A DNA stretch of 64,000 nt from an uncultured delta proteobacterium. Its GTDB lineage: Bacteria; Myxococcota_A; UBA9160; JAFDET01. A program made the translations under genes and the position numbers. Position 1 is the stretch's first letter, and the number at the start of each line of letters is the position of its first letter. Where the stretch lies: contig CAMYLJ010000017.1 in assembly GCA_947259215.1 (NCBI GenBank), positions 67,878 through 131,877 on the forward strand. Reading direction: 5' to 3'. Below, piece by piece: positions 26,220 to 36,538 of the stretch. The notes below the pieces were generated by a model that was given only the letters and a program-made list of their open reading frames with translations, was not told the DNA's origin and did no database searches.

Positions 26220-27770
26220 GTGAGCGAAGACGGGGGAGGCCAAGGGCGCCGGCTCGGTGCCGCGGCGCTGATCCTGGCGGCGAGCGTGGCCCTGTCGCGC
26301 GTCATCGGGTACGTGCGCGAGGCCGTGCTGGCCAAGCAGGTGGGCGCCGGCGCGGCCATGGACGCCTACCGCGCCGCCTTCACCCTGCCGGACCTGCTGA
26401 ACCACCTGCTGGCGGGCGGCGCGCTCGCCATCGCGTTCATCCCCCTCTACACGCGAGCGCGGGAGGAGCGGGGGGAGCCTGCGGCGGAACGGCTGCTGGC
26501 CACGGTGCTCGGCACCCTGGGCGTGCTGGCGGTGCTCTTGACCGCGGCCATGTGGCTGCTGGCGGAGCCGCTGGTGGCGCTCCAGTTCGGCGGCTTCCCG
26601 CCGGAGGTGCAGGCCCTGACGGTGCGGCTCACGCGCATCGTGCTCCCCGCGCAGATCTTCTTCGTGACCGGCGGCATCGTGCGGGCGGCGCTGATGGCGC
26701 ACGGCCGCTTCGGTGCCCAGGCCCTGGCGCCGCTCGTCTACAACGTCTGCATCATCGGCTTCGGTCTCGTCCTGGGCGAGCGCCACGGGGTGGTGGGCTT
26801 CGCCTGGGGAGCGCTGGTGGGAGCCGTGCTCGGGCCGTTCCTGATCGCCCTCCTCGACGCCATGCGGACCCTGAAGATCCGGCTGCGCGTGGCGCCCGCG
26901 GACCGCGAGTTCCTGGCCTATCTGGTGGTGGCGCTGCCGCTGATGATCGGCGTCTCGCTCCTCACGGTGGATGAGTGGTACGAGCGCTGGCTCGGTGACG
27001 CGCTGGGCGAGGGTGTGATCGCGCGCCTGGGCTACGCGCGCCAGCTCATGCTCGTGCCCGTGGCGGTGGTGGGGCAGGCCATCGCGGCGGCGGCGCTGCC
27101 CGCGTTCTCGCGTCTCTTCTCCGCCGGCCGGCGCGAGGAGCTGGACCGGCTGCTGCTGCGCACGCTCCAGATCGCCCTGGCCCTGGCGGTACTTTCGGCG
27201 GCGGCTGCCTTCTCCGTGGCGACGCCGCTGGTGCGGGTCCTGTTCGAGCGCGGCGCCTTCACGCCCGAGGACACGCGGGTCGTGGCGCGCCTGCTCGAGA
27301 TCTTCTGCTTCGCCGTTCCGGCCTGGGTCGTGCAGCAGGTCGCCGCCCGCGCCTTCTTCGCTCGCGGCGACACCTGGCGCCCGATGCTGCTCGGGACCGG
27401 CCTCGCGCTGCTCGCGATTCCCCTCTATCTGACGCTCGGCGATCGCGCCGGGGCCGCGGGACTGGCCGCGGCCGGCGCCCTGGCGATGAGCGCCAACGCG
27501 CTGGCGACCCTGCTGCTGGCTCGGCGTCTGCACGGTGCGCCGGACCTGGGGGCCCTGGCCGGAACCGGGCTGCGCGCCCTCGCGGTGGCTGCGCCCGCGT
27601 GCGTGGCCGCGGTCCTGGCCCAGCTCGGCGCGGGCGGCACCTGGGGCGACCTGGCGGACCTGGCGCTGGCCGGCATCGGCTTCGGTCTGGTAGCGCTCGT
27701 CGGCATCCGGCTCGTCGGGGACGCCGCCATGCGGGAGGCGCTCCGGCGCGTGATACGCTCCCGGGCATGA
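26220..27770 (+). CDS. murJ: Lipid II flippase MurJ (MviN)
   Basis: LSRVIGYVREAVLAKQVGAGAAMDAYRAAFTLPDLL is a typical MurJ N-terminus. About 14 TM helices, 516 aa. Confidence 0.85.
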   Translation: MSEDGGGQGRRLGAAALILAASVALSRVIGYVREAVLAKQVGAGAAMDAYRAAFTLPDLLNHLLAGGALAIAFIPLYTRAREERGEPAAERLLATVLGTLGVLAVLLTAAMWLLAEPLVALQFGGFPPEVQALTVRLTRIVLPAQIFFVTGGIVRAALMAHGRFGAQALAPLVYNVCIIGFGLVLGERHGVVGFAWGALVGAVLGPFLIALLDAMRTLKIRLRVAPADREFLAYLVVALPLMIGVSLLTVDEWYERWLGDALGEGVIARLGYARQLMLVPVAVVGQAIAAAALPAFSRLFSAGRREELDRLLLRTLQIALALAVLSAAAAFSVATPLVRVLFERGAFTPEDTRVVARLLEIFCFAVPAWVVQQVAARAFFARGDTWRPMLLGTGLALLAIPLYLTLGDRAGAAGLAAAGALAMSANALATLLLARRLHGAPDLGALAGTGLRALAVAAPACVAAVLAQLGAGGTWGDLADLALAGIGFGLVALVGIRLVGDAAMREALRRVIRSRA

Positions 27771-29667
27771 GCACCCTCTTCGGACCCGAACGGCTGGCCG
27801 GGCAGGGCCTCGACCCCGATCAGGAGGAGTCGGGCAACCGCGCCATCTACGCCCTGCTGACCGATCCTGGCACCGGCGACAAGGTGGACCTCGTCCTCAC
27901 CTGGCGCGGCGACGCCGAGGGCGGCGCCTACGAAGCCTGGTCGTCCCGGGGCATGCTGCGCTTCCGCCGCAGCCTGGATGCGGACGGCGCCTTCGCGTTC
28001 GAGGTGCTCGAGGTGGTGGGCGAGAACCCGGTGGGCGAGCAGGACGTCTTCGCCCTGGGAAGCCAGGAGGAGGAGCGGGCAGCCGCGCGCGCGGGCGGCT
28101 TCGACGCCGACGACCCGACGAAGCGCTTCATCGCGCCGGCCCAGCAGAGCTACCCCTTCGCGTACGAGCGCATTGCCCAGCTCTTCGACTCGCCGAATGC
28201 GCCGGATCTGGCGGTGTCGCCGGTGGACTGGGCCCAGGGGCCCTACGCGGGCAACCACGGTGCGCTCCACGTGCGTCAGTCGCGGGCGCCGCTCTGGCTG
28301 GCGGGTCCCGGAGTTCGCCCGGGCCGCCACCCGCTCGCGGCGCGCTCCGTCGACATCGCTCCCACGATCCTGGCGGCGTGCGGCTTTCCCGCCATCGACG
28401 GCGCCGACCACAGCGGGCGCAGCGCGAGCGAGCGCGGCGTCTCCCCCGACGTGCTGCTGAAGCGCCAGGACGGCCGCCCGCTGGACGAGGTGCTCGACCG
28501 GGACGCGACGCCGGCCGTGCGCGCCTACCTCTTCCTGCTGGACGGCCTGCACATGACGGAGCTCGAGTCGCGGCTGGCGGAGGAGCCCGAGCGCTACCCG
28601 AACCTGCTGCGCCTGCGCGAGCAGGCGGCGGTGCTGGCGGGCGGCTCCATCGTGAACTTCCCCTCCATCACCTGGCCGAGCCACACGTCCATCGGCACCG
28701 GCAGCTGGTGCGGCCACCACGACGTGGTGAACCCGAGCTACTACCTGCGCGAGAAGCGGGAGACCGTCTCGCCCCAGGGCCAGCAGGTGAAGACCGAGGG
28801 CTTCTCGAGCGAGCGCGTCGAGTCCATCTACGAGGCCTTCCGGCGCGTGCGCGGCAAGGACTCGCTGACCGCGGCCATCTACGCGCCCTTCGGGCGCGGC
28901 GCCGACCACGCCGCCCTGGAGGACCGCAACCTGTGCGAGCGCCCGCGGCTGAAGGCGCTGACGGCCGAGCTCTGAGCTCCGAGGCCGCCAGTCTCGACAA
29001 CCGGGGCGTGGCCCAGGTGATCGAGCTCTTCACCTGTGACGAGCGCCCGCCGCCGGACTTCGTCTACCACGAGCTGATCCTGACCGACGGCGTGGGCCAC
29101 GACTACGGCCCGCACTCGGACGGCCTGGGCGACGCGCTGGAAGAGGGAGACCGCCGCATCGGCCGCGTGCTCGACCTGCTGGAGCAGTGCGGCCTGTACG
29201 ACGAGACCTTCTTCGTCGTCTCCGCCGACCACGGCATGGCCCCCCAGGACCGCGACTCCCAGGAGAACGCCATCCGCAAGATCCGGGACGACGGCCTGGC
29301 CTGCGTGGTGGCGGAGCCGATGCTCTGGCTGCTGGACGTGCGCGTCGAGGTGGAGCGCTCGGCGGACGGCCGCACGGGCCGCGTGCGCGTATGGGAGAAC
29401 GACGCCCTCCCGACCGGCGAGCGCCCCGAGGTGGAGGACGCCGAGGTGCGCGTGGAGCTCCACCGCGAGGGCCAGGAGCCCGAGCTCCTGGCCGCGGGTC
29501 GGACGGGCCCCGGCGGCGTCTACGGCTTCCCGACCCCGCCCGAAGCCGACACCGAGCACATCGCCGTCTCGGTCCGCGCGGAGGGCTTCAATCCCCGCCA
29601 CCTCTTGCTCGACGGCACATCGCTGGCGCTGGACCTGCGCCGGGTCCTCTACGGAGACGGAGCCTGA
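27767..29667 (+). pseudogene. Alkaline-phosphatase-superfamily (NPP-type) phosphodiesterase interrupted by a frame change near 28970
   Basis: ORF A (27767-28975, ATGA overlap with murJ) carries LLDGLHM and FPSITWPSHTSIGTG, the metal Asp and Thr nucleophile. ORF B (a different frame, open from before 28975 to 29667) carries TDGVGHDYGPHS and VVSADHGM. One fold is therefore split over two frames. This could be a real pseudogene or a 1-nt assembly error. Confidence 0.55.
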
Positions 29668-29705
29668 CGAGCTTCGCGGCGGTCCCAGGGGGGCCCCTTC
29701 TCGAA

Positions 29706-30833
29706 ATGAGCCGCGAACTGCGCGAAGAGCCCCTGGAACTCTCGGTCTCCGTGATTCACCGGTTGCGCAGGGCGGCCAGCAGCAACCCGGACGTGGAGAG
29801 TCGCCTGGATCAGGGCTACGTGGCCATCGATCATCACATGCGCCAAGGCCAGCGCACGGTCTCGTGGTACCGGGGCCCGCTGATTTCCGGCGGGCTCGTA
29901 TCGCCACCGGAACAGGAGCTGGCGGTTCCGGTTTCCGACCGGCTTCTCATTTATGATCCGGAAAACGGAATGCTCGACGTGACCTATGCGGCCGCCTGGG
30001 AGATCGGCCGCTTGCTGACGCTGCAGAGCAAGGCGCCGCCGTTCGCTGCCGATGGAATCCAGCTGCCCGAGTATCCGGCGGATGCCAAGCAGTGGTCTGC
30101 CGATCTCATGCTCATGAAGCCGCTGCCGTTCCACTACCTCGTGCCTCACGAAAGGATGCTGCCTCCCGGCTCGATCCGCTTCTTTCGGGTCGATGCACGT
30201 TGGGTCGAGTGCATGCTGGGTGGCGCGTCGAGCGTGGGTCGTGCGACATCGGGCGGTGGTCGACAGGATTCCGGCCATCGCGGAGGGGTCGCAACGAAGC
30301 CGCCGGTTTGCAGCGGTTTCATCCTGCGCTCCCCCGTGGTCACTCGGTGGCCGAACCTGCAGGTTGATGCGTACTCCGAGGCGGTTCCACCAGGCAGCGC
30401 GGCCGACCACGTTCCGGCGCAGCAGACAGCAACCGTTTTGCGCAAGGAACGGCTTGGCGAGGAAGTCCTGATCTGTCTCTTCGAAGGCCAGATTCAGACG
30501 GTCGACATCCACGAGCATGCCGAGGCGATTCCCTTCGGAGTGGAGGTCGACCCGAATCCCGATGACCTTTCGAAGTACTACGGGGCGCTCCGCAAACTGG
30601 ACGGTTCGCTGGGCGGCGTCTACACGAGATTTACCGCCGACAACATCCTCATGCGACGCGCCGCAGGTTCGAGGGAACTGGAGAACGACCCGCAGGAGCT
30701 CGACGTGCAGGCACTGGCGCAGGGGCCGGAGCATCCCCTCGGGAGTTCGGCCGAACCCGGCGTTGCCATGATCGAGGGCGTGGAGAAGGTCCGGTTTCTG
30801 ATCCAGAGCCGGGGGGCGCCGCGCGAGTCGTAG
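29706..30833 (+). CDS. Hypothetical protein (375 aa) in a low-GC island
   Basis: The frame is consistent but codon usage is foreign (GAA, GAT, ATT, TTT and TAT are frequent). Motifs WYRGPL, YAAAWEIGRLLTL, LPFHYLVPHERMLPPGSIRFFRVD and SGFILRSPVVTRWPNLQV look like a conserved family that I cannot name. Confidence 0.6.
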   Translation: MSRELREEPLELSVSVIHRLRRAASSNPDVESRLDQGYVAIDHHMRQGQRTVSWYRGPLISGGLVSPPEQELAVPVSDRLLIYDPENGMLDVTYAAAWEIGRLLTLQSKAPPFAADGIQLPEYPADAKQWSADLMLMKPLPFHYLVPHERMLPPGSIRFFRVDARWVECMLGGASSVGRATSGGGRQDSGHRGGVATKPPVCSGFILRSPVVTRWPNLQVDAYSEAVPPGSAADHVPAQQTATVLRKERLGEEVLICLFEGQIQTVDIHEHAEAIPFGVEVDPNPDDLSKYYGALRKLDGSLGGVYTRFTADNILMRRAAGSRELENDPQELDVQALAQGPEHPLGSSAEPGVAMIEGVEKVRFLIQSRGAPRES

Positions 30834-30853
30834 GCGAGCGAGGCCATGAAGTC

Positions 30854-33800
30854 ATGATCTGGCGCTTCTGGGTCGACCGCGGTGGCACGTTCACCGACTG
30901 CATCGGCCTCGCGCCCGACGGCGTCCTGCACACCGCCAAGGTCCTCTCCTCCGACACGGCACCCGTCGAGGGCATTCGCAGCGTCCTCGAGCGCGCGGAC
31001 GAAGTCGCACCCGGCGCGCGGCTGCCGGCGTCTTCGGTCAAGCTCGGGACCACGGTCGCCACCAACGCCCTGCTCGAGCGCCGCGGGGAGCGCACGCTGC
31101 TGGTGACGAACCGGGGGCTGGCCGACGTGCTGGAGATCGGGACCCAGGAGCGGCCCGCGCTCTTCGAGCTCTGCATCCGGAAGGCGCCGCCGCTCCACGA
31201 GCGGGCGCTCGAGGTGGATGCGAGGGTCGCGGTGGACGGCGAGGTGCTGGCGGAGCTGGACGAGGAGGCACTGCGCGCTGCCCTGCGCGAGGCGCGCGCG
31301 TCGGGAATCGACTCACTGGCCGTCTGCCTGATCCACGCCTACGCCTACCCCGAGGCGGAGGCGCGGATCTGCGCCATCGGGCGCGAGGAGGGCTTCGCGC
31401 ACGTGACGGCCTCCCACGCCGTGGCGCGGGAGATCGGGCTGCTGGCCCGCGGCGAGACGACCACGGCCGACGCCTACCTGACGCCGCTCCTGCGCCGGCA
31501 CGCGGAGCACCTGGACGCCGCGCTCCCGGGCTCGACCTTGCGCTTCATGCAGTCGTCGGGTGGCCTGACCGACGCCGCCCACTTCCGCGGCCCGAACGCC
31601 CTGCTGTCCGGTCCGGCCGGTGGCGTGGTGGGGGCGGCGGAGGTCGCGCGGGGCGCCGGCTTCCCGCGCGCCGTCGGCTTCGACATGGGCGGCACCTCGA
31701 CGGACGTGTCGCTGCTGGTGGAGGGCGAGGTCGAGCGCGGCTTCGAGACCCTGGTGGCGGGCGTGCGCGTGAAGGCGCCCATGCTGCGCATCCACACCGT
31801 GGCGGCGGGCGGGGGCTCTCTCTGCCGCTACGACGGCTTCCGCTTCACGGTCGGCCCCGAGAGCGCCGGCGCCGACCCCGGGCCGCTCTGCTACGGGCGC
31901 CGCGACGCCGACGGTCGCCCCGCGGCCAGCGAGCTGGCGCTGACCGACGTGAACCTCTTCCTCGGCCGGCTGCACGCGGAGCGCTTCCCGTTCCTCCTGG
32001 AGAGCGAGCCCGTGGCGCGCCGCATGCACGAGGTGCAGGCGGAGCTCCGCGCGGCGGGACACGACCTGTCGCCCGAGGCCGTGGCCGCGGGCTTCGTCGA
32101 GGTGGCGAATGCCAGCATGGCTCAGGCCATCCAGGAGGTGTCGGTGGTGCGCGGGGTCGACCCGCGCGAGTGCGCGCTCGTCGGCTTCGGCGGCGCCGGC
32201 GGACAGCACGTCTGCGCCATCGCCCGGCGGCTCGGCATGCGCCAGGTACTGCTCCACCCGCTGGCGGGCCTGCTCTCGGCCTACGGGATCGGGATCGCGC
32301 CCGAGAGCTGGGACGGACAGCGCGACGCGGGCCGGGTGGCGCTGCCCCACCAGGGCGTGCCGGATGCGGTGGAGCGCTCGTTCGGGGCGCTCGAGGCGGA
32401 GGGTCGGGAGGCCCTGGCCACCGTCAGCGTGTCGGGCGACGCGGTCGCCGTGGAGCGCCGGCTCGACCTCCGCTACGCCGGCACCGAGACCGCCCTCGCC
32501 GTGCGAGACCCGGGGGACGGCGACTGGGAGCGCGCCTTCGCGGCCGAGCACGCCGCCCGCTTCGGCTATACGCGTCCCGGCCGGCCCATCGAGATCTCCA
32601 CCGCGCGCGTGCGGGTGCGCGCCGCCAGCGACGTTCCGGCCGCGGCGCCGCCCGATGTGGGACGCGCGCACGCTGCGGCGGACCGCACGGTCCACGCCTG
32701 GTTTCCCGACGTGGGGCGGGTGGACGTGCCGCTCGTCGCGCGCGAGTCGCTGGCTCCGGGCGATCTGCTGGAGGGCCCCGCTGTGGTGCTCGAGGACACG
32801 GGCACGGTGGTCGTCGATCCGGGCTTCCGCGGGCGGGTCCTGGAGGACGGGACGCTGCTCCTCACGGACGAGGCCGGCGCGCCGGCCCACGCCGCCGCGG
32901 CTGGCGATCTGGAGCGCCCCGATCCCATCCGGCTCGAGGTCTTCGGCAACCGCTTCATGTCCATCGCCGAGCAGATGGGCGGCGTGCTCCGCAACACGTC
33001 CGTGTCCACCAACATCAAGGAGCGCCTCGACTACTCGTGTGCGGTCTTCGACGCCGACGGCGGACTGGTGGCCAACGCGCCGCACATCCCGGTGCACCTG
33101 GGCGCCATGGGCGAGACGGTGCGCGCCGTGCGCGCGCGCTTCCCGGACCTGGCGCCGGGCGACGTGGTGGTCACCAACGACCCCTTCGAGGGCGGCTCCC
33201 ACCTGCCCGACGTGACGGTCGTGACGCCAGTCTTCGCGGAGGGCGAGGCGGGGCCCGCGTTCTTCGTCGCGAGCCGCGGCCACCACGCCGACATCGGCGG
33301 CAAGACCCCGGGCTCCATGCCCCCCGACTCGCGCTCCCTGGATGAGGAGGGCGTCGTGATCCGGCCGCGCCGGCTGGTGCAGGAGGGCCGCCTGGACGAC
33401 GCGGGCCTGCGCGCGCTGCTCACGAGCGGCCCGTATCCGGCGCGGAGCCCGGACGACAACCTGGCCGACCTCGAGGCCATGGTGGCCGCCAACCGCGCGG
33501 GCGAGCGCCTGGTGCTGGAGATGTGCCGCGACCAGGGCCTGCGCGCCGTGCAGGTCAGCATGCGCCAGCTCCAGCAGGCCGCCGCGGGCAAGGTGGCGCG
33601 GGAGATCGGCAAGCTCGCCGACGGCGAGCACGTCTTCGAGGATCGCCTGGACGACGGCAGCCCCGTGTGTGTGCGCCTGAGCGTGGCCGGCGAGCGCATG
33701 ACGATCGACTTCGCCGGCACGGGCGCGGCACTGCCGGGCAACCTGAACGCGCCGCGCGCCGTGGTGCACGCCGCGGTGATCTACGTGCTCCGCGCTCTCG

Positions 33801-34447
33801 TGGCCGAGCGCATCCCGCTGAACGGCGGCTGCCTCGAGCCCGTGACGATCCGGATTCCCGAGGGCTCGCTCCTGGATCCGCCGCCGGGCTCGGCGGTGGT
33901 GGGGGGCAACGTGGAGACTTCCCAGCGCGTGGTGGACGTGCTGCTCGGCGCCCTCGGCCGGGTGGCCGCCAGCCAGGGCACCATGAACAATGTCACCTTC
34001 GGCACTCCGCGCTTCGGCTACTACGAGACCCTCGGCGGGGGCGCGGGAGCCGGGGAGGGGTGCCCCGGCGCGTCGGCCGTCCACACCCACATGACCAACA
34101 CGCGCATCACCGACGCCGAGGTGCTGGAGGAGCGCTACCCGGTGCGCCTGGAGACCTTCGCCCTCCGCCGCGGTTCCGGCGGGGCGGGGCGCTTCCCCGG
34201 CGGCGAGGGCCTCGTGCGCCGCTGGCGCTTCCTCGAGCCGGCCACGCTCTCGTTGCTCAGCGAGCGCCGCGTGCGCGCGCCATGGGGCCTCGCGGGCGGC
34301 GCGGACGGCGCGCCCGGCCGCAACGCCGTCGAGCGCGCCGACGGCCGCGTGGAGGAGCTTCCGGGCAAGGCCAGCGCCGAGGTGGCGCCGGGCGACGCGC
34401 TGGTGGTCGAGACACCGGGCGGCGGCGGCTGGGGCGCGCCGACCTGA
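30854..34447 (+). CDS. Fused hydantoinase A/B family enzyme (5-oxoprolinase-like, ATP-hydrolysing)
   Basis: 1197 aa. [14 protein letters not shown] forms the N-terminus. A HyuA-like half is followed by a HyuB-like half ([24 protein letters not shown]). Confidence 0.9.
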   Translation: MIWRFWVDRGGTFTDCIGLAPDGVLHTAKVLSSDTAPVEGIRSVLERADEVAPGARLPASSVKLGTTVATNALLERRGERTLLVTNRGLADVLEIGTQERPALFELCIRKAPPLHERALEVDARVAVDGEVLAELDEEALRAALREARASGIDSLAVCLIHAYAYPEAEARICAIGREEGFAHVTASHAVAREIGLLARGETTTADAYLTPLLRRHAEHLDAALPGSTLRFMQSSGGLTDAAHFRGPNALLSGPAGGVVGAAEVARGAGFPRAVGFDMGGTSTDVSLLVEGEVERGFETLVAGVRVKAPMLRIHTVAAGGGSLCRYDGFRFTVGPESAGADPGPLCYGRRDADGRPAASELALTDVNLFLGRLHAERFPFLLESEPVARRMHEVQAELRAAGHDLSPEAVAAGFVEVANASMAQAIQEVSVVRGVDPRECALVGFGGAGGQHVCAIARRLGMRQVLLHPLAGLLSAYGIGIAPESWDGQRDAGRVALPHQGVPDAVERSFGALEAEGREALATVSVSGDAVAVERRLDLRYAGTETALAVRDPGDGDWERAFAAEHAARFGYTRPGRPIEISTARVRVRAASDVPAAAPPDVGRAHAAADRTVHAWFPDVGRVDVPLVARESLAPGDLLEGPAVVLEDTGTVVVDPGFRGRVLEDGTLLLTDEAGAPAHAAAAGDLERPDPIRLEVFGNRFMSIAEQMGGVLRNTSVSTNIKERLDYSCAVFDADGGLVANAPHIPVHLGAMGETVRAVRARFPDLAPGDVVVTNDPFEGGSHLPDVTVVTPVFAEGEAGPAFFVASRGHHADIGGKTPGSMPPDSRSLDEEGVVIRPRRLVQEGRLDDAGLRALLTSGPYPARSPDDNLADLEAMVAANRAGERLVLEMCRDQGLRAVQVSMRQLQQAAAGKVAREIGKLADGEHVFEDRLDDGSPVCVRLSVAGERMTIDFAGTGAALPGNLNAPRAVVHAAVIYVLRALVAERIPLNGGCLEPVTIRIPEGSLLDPPPGSAVVGGNVETSQRVVDVLLGALGRVAASQGTMNNVTFGTPRFGYYETLGGGAGAGEGCPGASAVHTHMTNTRITDAEVLEERYPVRLETFALRRGSGGAGRFPGGEGLVRRWRFLEPATLSLLSERRVRAPWGLAGGADGAPGRNAVERADGRVEELPGKASAEVAPGDALVVETPGGGGWGAPT

Positions 34448-34459
34448 CGCGGACCGGGC

Positions 34460-35653
34460 TCAGTGCCCGGTGGCGATCGGCAGCCGCACCACGCCCCGGA
34501 TCGGTCCCGAGCACAGGCGCTCGACCTCCTGGTCCAGGAGCCGGTAGTCCGGAATCGCCGGCAGCAGCTCTTCGAACGCCACCCGCGCCTCCAGCCGCGC
34601 CAGGTTGGCGCCCAGGCAGAAGTGCGCGCCGAAGCCGAAGGAGAGGTGGGGGTTCGGGTCGCGGGTCACGTCGAAGCGCTCGGGGTCCGAGAACTTCCGC
34701 TCGTCGCGGTTGGCCGCTGCGAAGAGCAGCAGCACCTTCTTGCCCTCGGGAATGTCGACGCCGTGGAGGCTGACGGGCCGCGTGGTGGTGCGCGCCAGCC
34801 CTTGCACCGGGGGGTCGAAGCGCAGGAACTCCTCCATGGCGCGGGGCAGCAGGCCCGGATCGGCGCTGAGCTTCGCGCGCACCTCGCGGTGCCGGTCCAG
34901 CAGGATGGTGGCGTTGCTGATCAGGTTGGTGGTGGTCTCGTTGCCTGCCACCAGCAGCAGGAACGCGAAGCCCAGCAGCTCCTCCTGGGAGAGGCGCTCC
35001 TCGTCGATCTCGGCCGCCAGCAGCGCGGAGAGCAGGTCGTCGCGCGGCTCGTGCCGCCGCTCCTCGAAGCGCTCGCCCAGGTAGGCCGCCAGCTCGGCTC
35101 CCGCGCCCATGGCGTGGCTGGGATGGACCGCGCGCGCGTTGGCGGGGTCGAACTGCGCCACCGCGTTGGACTTCTCCTTGAACCAGGCCTGGTCCTCGGC
35201 CGGGATCCCCAGCAGCTCGGCGATCACGATGGTCGGCAGCGGCCCCGAGAACTCGCTCACCAGGTCCGCCTCGGGCTTCCGGCACATCTCTTCCAGCAGG
35301 CGGCGCGCCACCGCGCGCACCCGCGGCTCCAGCTCCGCGATGCGCCGCGGCGTGAAGGCTCGGCTCACCAGTCCGCGCAGGCGCGTGTGCCGGCGGCCGT
35401 CCATCATGATCAGCAGCGGGATGAAGCCGGGCCCCCCCACCGCGCCATCGGGACCCTCGGGCACGCCCACCGCGACGCCGCGCCCGGAGCAGAAGGTTCC
35501 GGGATCCAACAGCGCCGCGTGCACGTCCTCGTAGCGGGAGAGGCTGTAGAAGTCTCGCTCGGCCGCGTAGTGGAGCGGAAACTCGTCGCGCAGGCGGCGG
35601 TAGACCGGATAGGGATCGCGGTGCAGGTCGGGGTCGTAGGGGTCGAAGTGCAT
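34460..35653 (-). CDS. Cytochrome P450
   Basis: Heme loop [20 protein letters not shown] (ExxR) and AGNETT (I-helix). Confidence 0.9.
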   Translation of the reverse strand: MHFDPYDPDLHRDPYPVYRRLRDEFPLHYAAERDFYSLSRYEDVHAALLDPGTFCSGRGVAVGVPEGPDGAVGGPGFIPLLIMMDGRRHTRLRGLVSRAFTPRRIAELEPRVRAVARRLLEEMCRKPEADLVSEFSGPLPTIVIAELLGIPAEDQAWFKEKSNAVAQFDPANARAVHPSHAMGAGAELAAYLGERFEERRHEPRDDLLSALLAAEIDEERLSQEELLGFAFLLLVAGNETTTNLISNATILLDRHREVRAKLSADPGLLPRAMEEFLRFDPPVQGLARTTTRPVSLHGVDIPEGKKVLLLFAAANRDERKFSDPERFDVTRDPNPHLSFGFGAHFCLGANLARLEARVAFEELLPAIPDYRLLDQEVERLCSGPIRGVVRLPIATGH

Positions 35654-35669
35654 GGGCAGCTGCCTCGCG

Positions 35670-35699
35670 ACGCTACCAGCGGCCCGGGGACGGGGTCAA
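35670..35699 (-). promoter_or_regulatory. Sigma70-like promoter TTGACC-18-TAGCGT for the P450 gene
   Basis: The minus strand reads gcgTTGACCccgtccccgggccgctggTAGCGTcgcgaggcagctgcccATG. Confidence 0.5.
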
Positions 35700-35745
35700 C
35701 GCAGGCATCCGGCGGCAGGCGACCTTCCTGAACGCTGCCGGGGAC

Positions 35746-35773
35746 TTGCGCCGGGAGGGCCAGCCAGTAATCT
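35746..35773 (+). promoter_or_regulatory. Promoter TTGCGC-16-TAATCT for tRNA-Lys
   Basis: The -10 ends 6 nt before the tRNA 5' end at 35780. Confidence 0.45.
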
Positions 35774-35779
35774 CCGTCC

Positions 35780-35855
35780 GGGCGCGTAGCTCAATTGGCA
35801 GAGCAAGGGACTCTTAATCCCTAGGTTCGGGGTTCGACTCCCCGCGCGCTCACCA
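35780..35855 (+). tRNA. tRNA-Lys (anticodon CTT), CCA encoded
   Basis: 76 nt. Acceptor GGGCGCG pairs with CGCGCTC (one G-U). D arm GCTC-AATTGGCA-GAGC. Anticodon arm AGGGA-CTCTTAA-TCCCT. Variable loop AGGTT. T arm CGGGG-TTCGACT-CCCCG. Discriminator A followed by CCA. Confidence 0.95.
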
Positions 35856-35901
35856 TCTCGAATCTTGTGCGACCTCGCCGTGTCTGCGAGCGTGCACCCC
35901 G

Positions 35902-36480
35902 ATGACGGACCGCACGGCGAGCGACGGAATCGCGATCCTGGTCGACGGGTTCTTCGACAACCCCGTGATGGCCTGGATCTTCCAGGACGAATCGACGCGC
36001 GCCGAAGCGCTCGACGCCTGGTTCCGGTTCTGGGTCGAGGTCTACGGAGACGACGGGCTCCTGATCGAGACGGAGGACGGCGACGGAGCGGCGCTGTGGG
36101 CGACCCCGGACGTGTCCCCGCTCGGCGACGACCAGACGGCGGCCCTGGTGGAGCTCGTCCGCGCGCACAACGGCGACCGGACGGGGCTCGTCTTCAGCGG
36201 GCTCGGCGCCGTGCGCCAGCCGACGGAGCGCCACTGGTACCTGGCTGGCATCGCGGCGCGCCGGGGCCAGCGGGGCCGGGGCGTGGGCGCGCGGCTGCTG
36301 GAGCCCTTCCTGGCCCGCTCGGACGCCGAGGGAGTCCCCATCTACCTCGAGTCCTCGAACCCGAGGAACCTGACGTTCTACCGCCGCTACGGATTCGAGG
36401 ACCATGGTCCGCGCGTCGACCTGCCCGAGAACGGGCCCCCGCTCCAGGGGATGTGGAGGTCTCCCTCGACGTCGCGCTGA
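35902..36480 (+). CDS. GNAT-family N-acetyltransferase
   Basis: The acetyl-CoA binding segment is RRGQRGRGVGARLL. C-terminal motifs YLESSNPRNLTFYRRYGF. Confidence 0.8.
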   Translation: MTDRTASDGIAILVDGFFDNPVMAWIFQDESTRAEALDAWFRFWVEVYGDDGLLIETEDGDGAALWATPDVSPLGDDQTAALVELVRAHNGDRTGLVFSGLGAVRQPTERHWYLAGIAARRGQRGRGVGARLLEPFLARSDAEGVPIYLESSNPRNLTFYRRYGFEDHGPRVDLPENGPPLQGMWRSPSTSR

Positions 36481-36538
36481 GGGACGCCGCGGGGATTGGC
36501 TAGGGTCCAGGACGCGGACGAGCAGAAAGGAAGACGGC

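Noticed and set aside
28967-28980. The near-tandem gagctct/gagctcc 7-nt duplication as the cause of the frame break.
   Set aside because: Deleting 7 nt would put the downstream sequence in the third frame, not the frame that continues the NPP motifs. A 1-nt loss fits instead.
28955-28985. Programmed -1 ribosomal frameshift joining the two phosphodiesterase ORFs.
   Set aside because: There is no X XXY YYZ slippery heptamer and no obvious downstream structure at the junction (…gcgctgacggccgagctctgagctccgaggcc…).
29649-30734. The 361-aa minus-strand ORF antisense to the low-GC gene.
   Set aside because: Its sequence is Arg/His/Gln-rich with no motifs. The plus-strand frame has coherent codon bias and conserved-looking motifs.
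35856-36480. An integrated mobile element or genomic island at tRNA-Lys.
   Set aside because: No integrase, excisionase or transposase ORF is present. I spotted no direct repeat of the tRNA 3' end by eye, and there is no compositional shift after the tRNA. An eye search for repeats is weak evidence.
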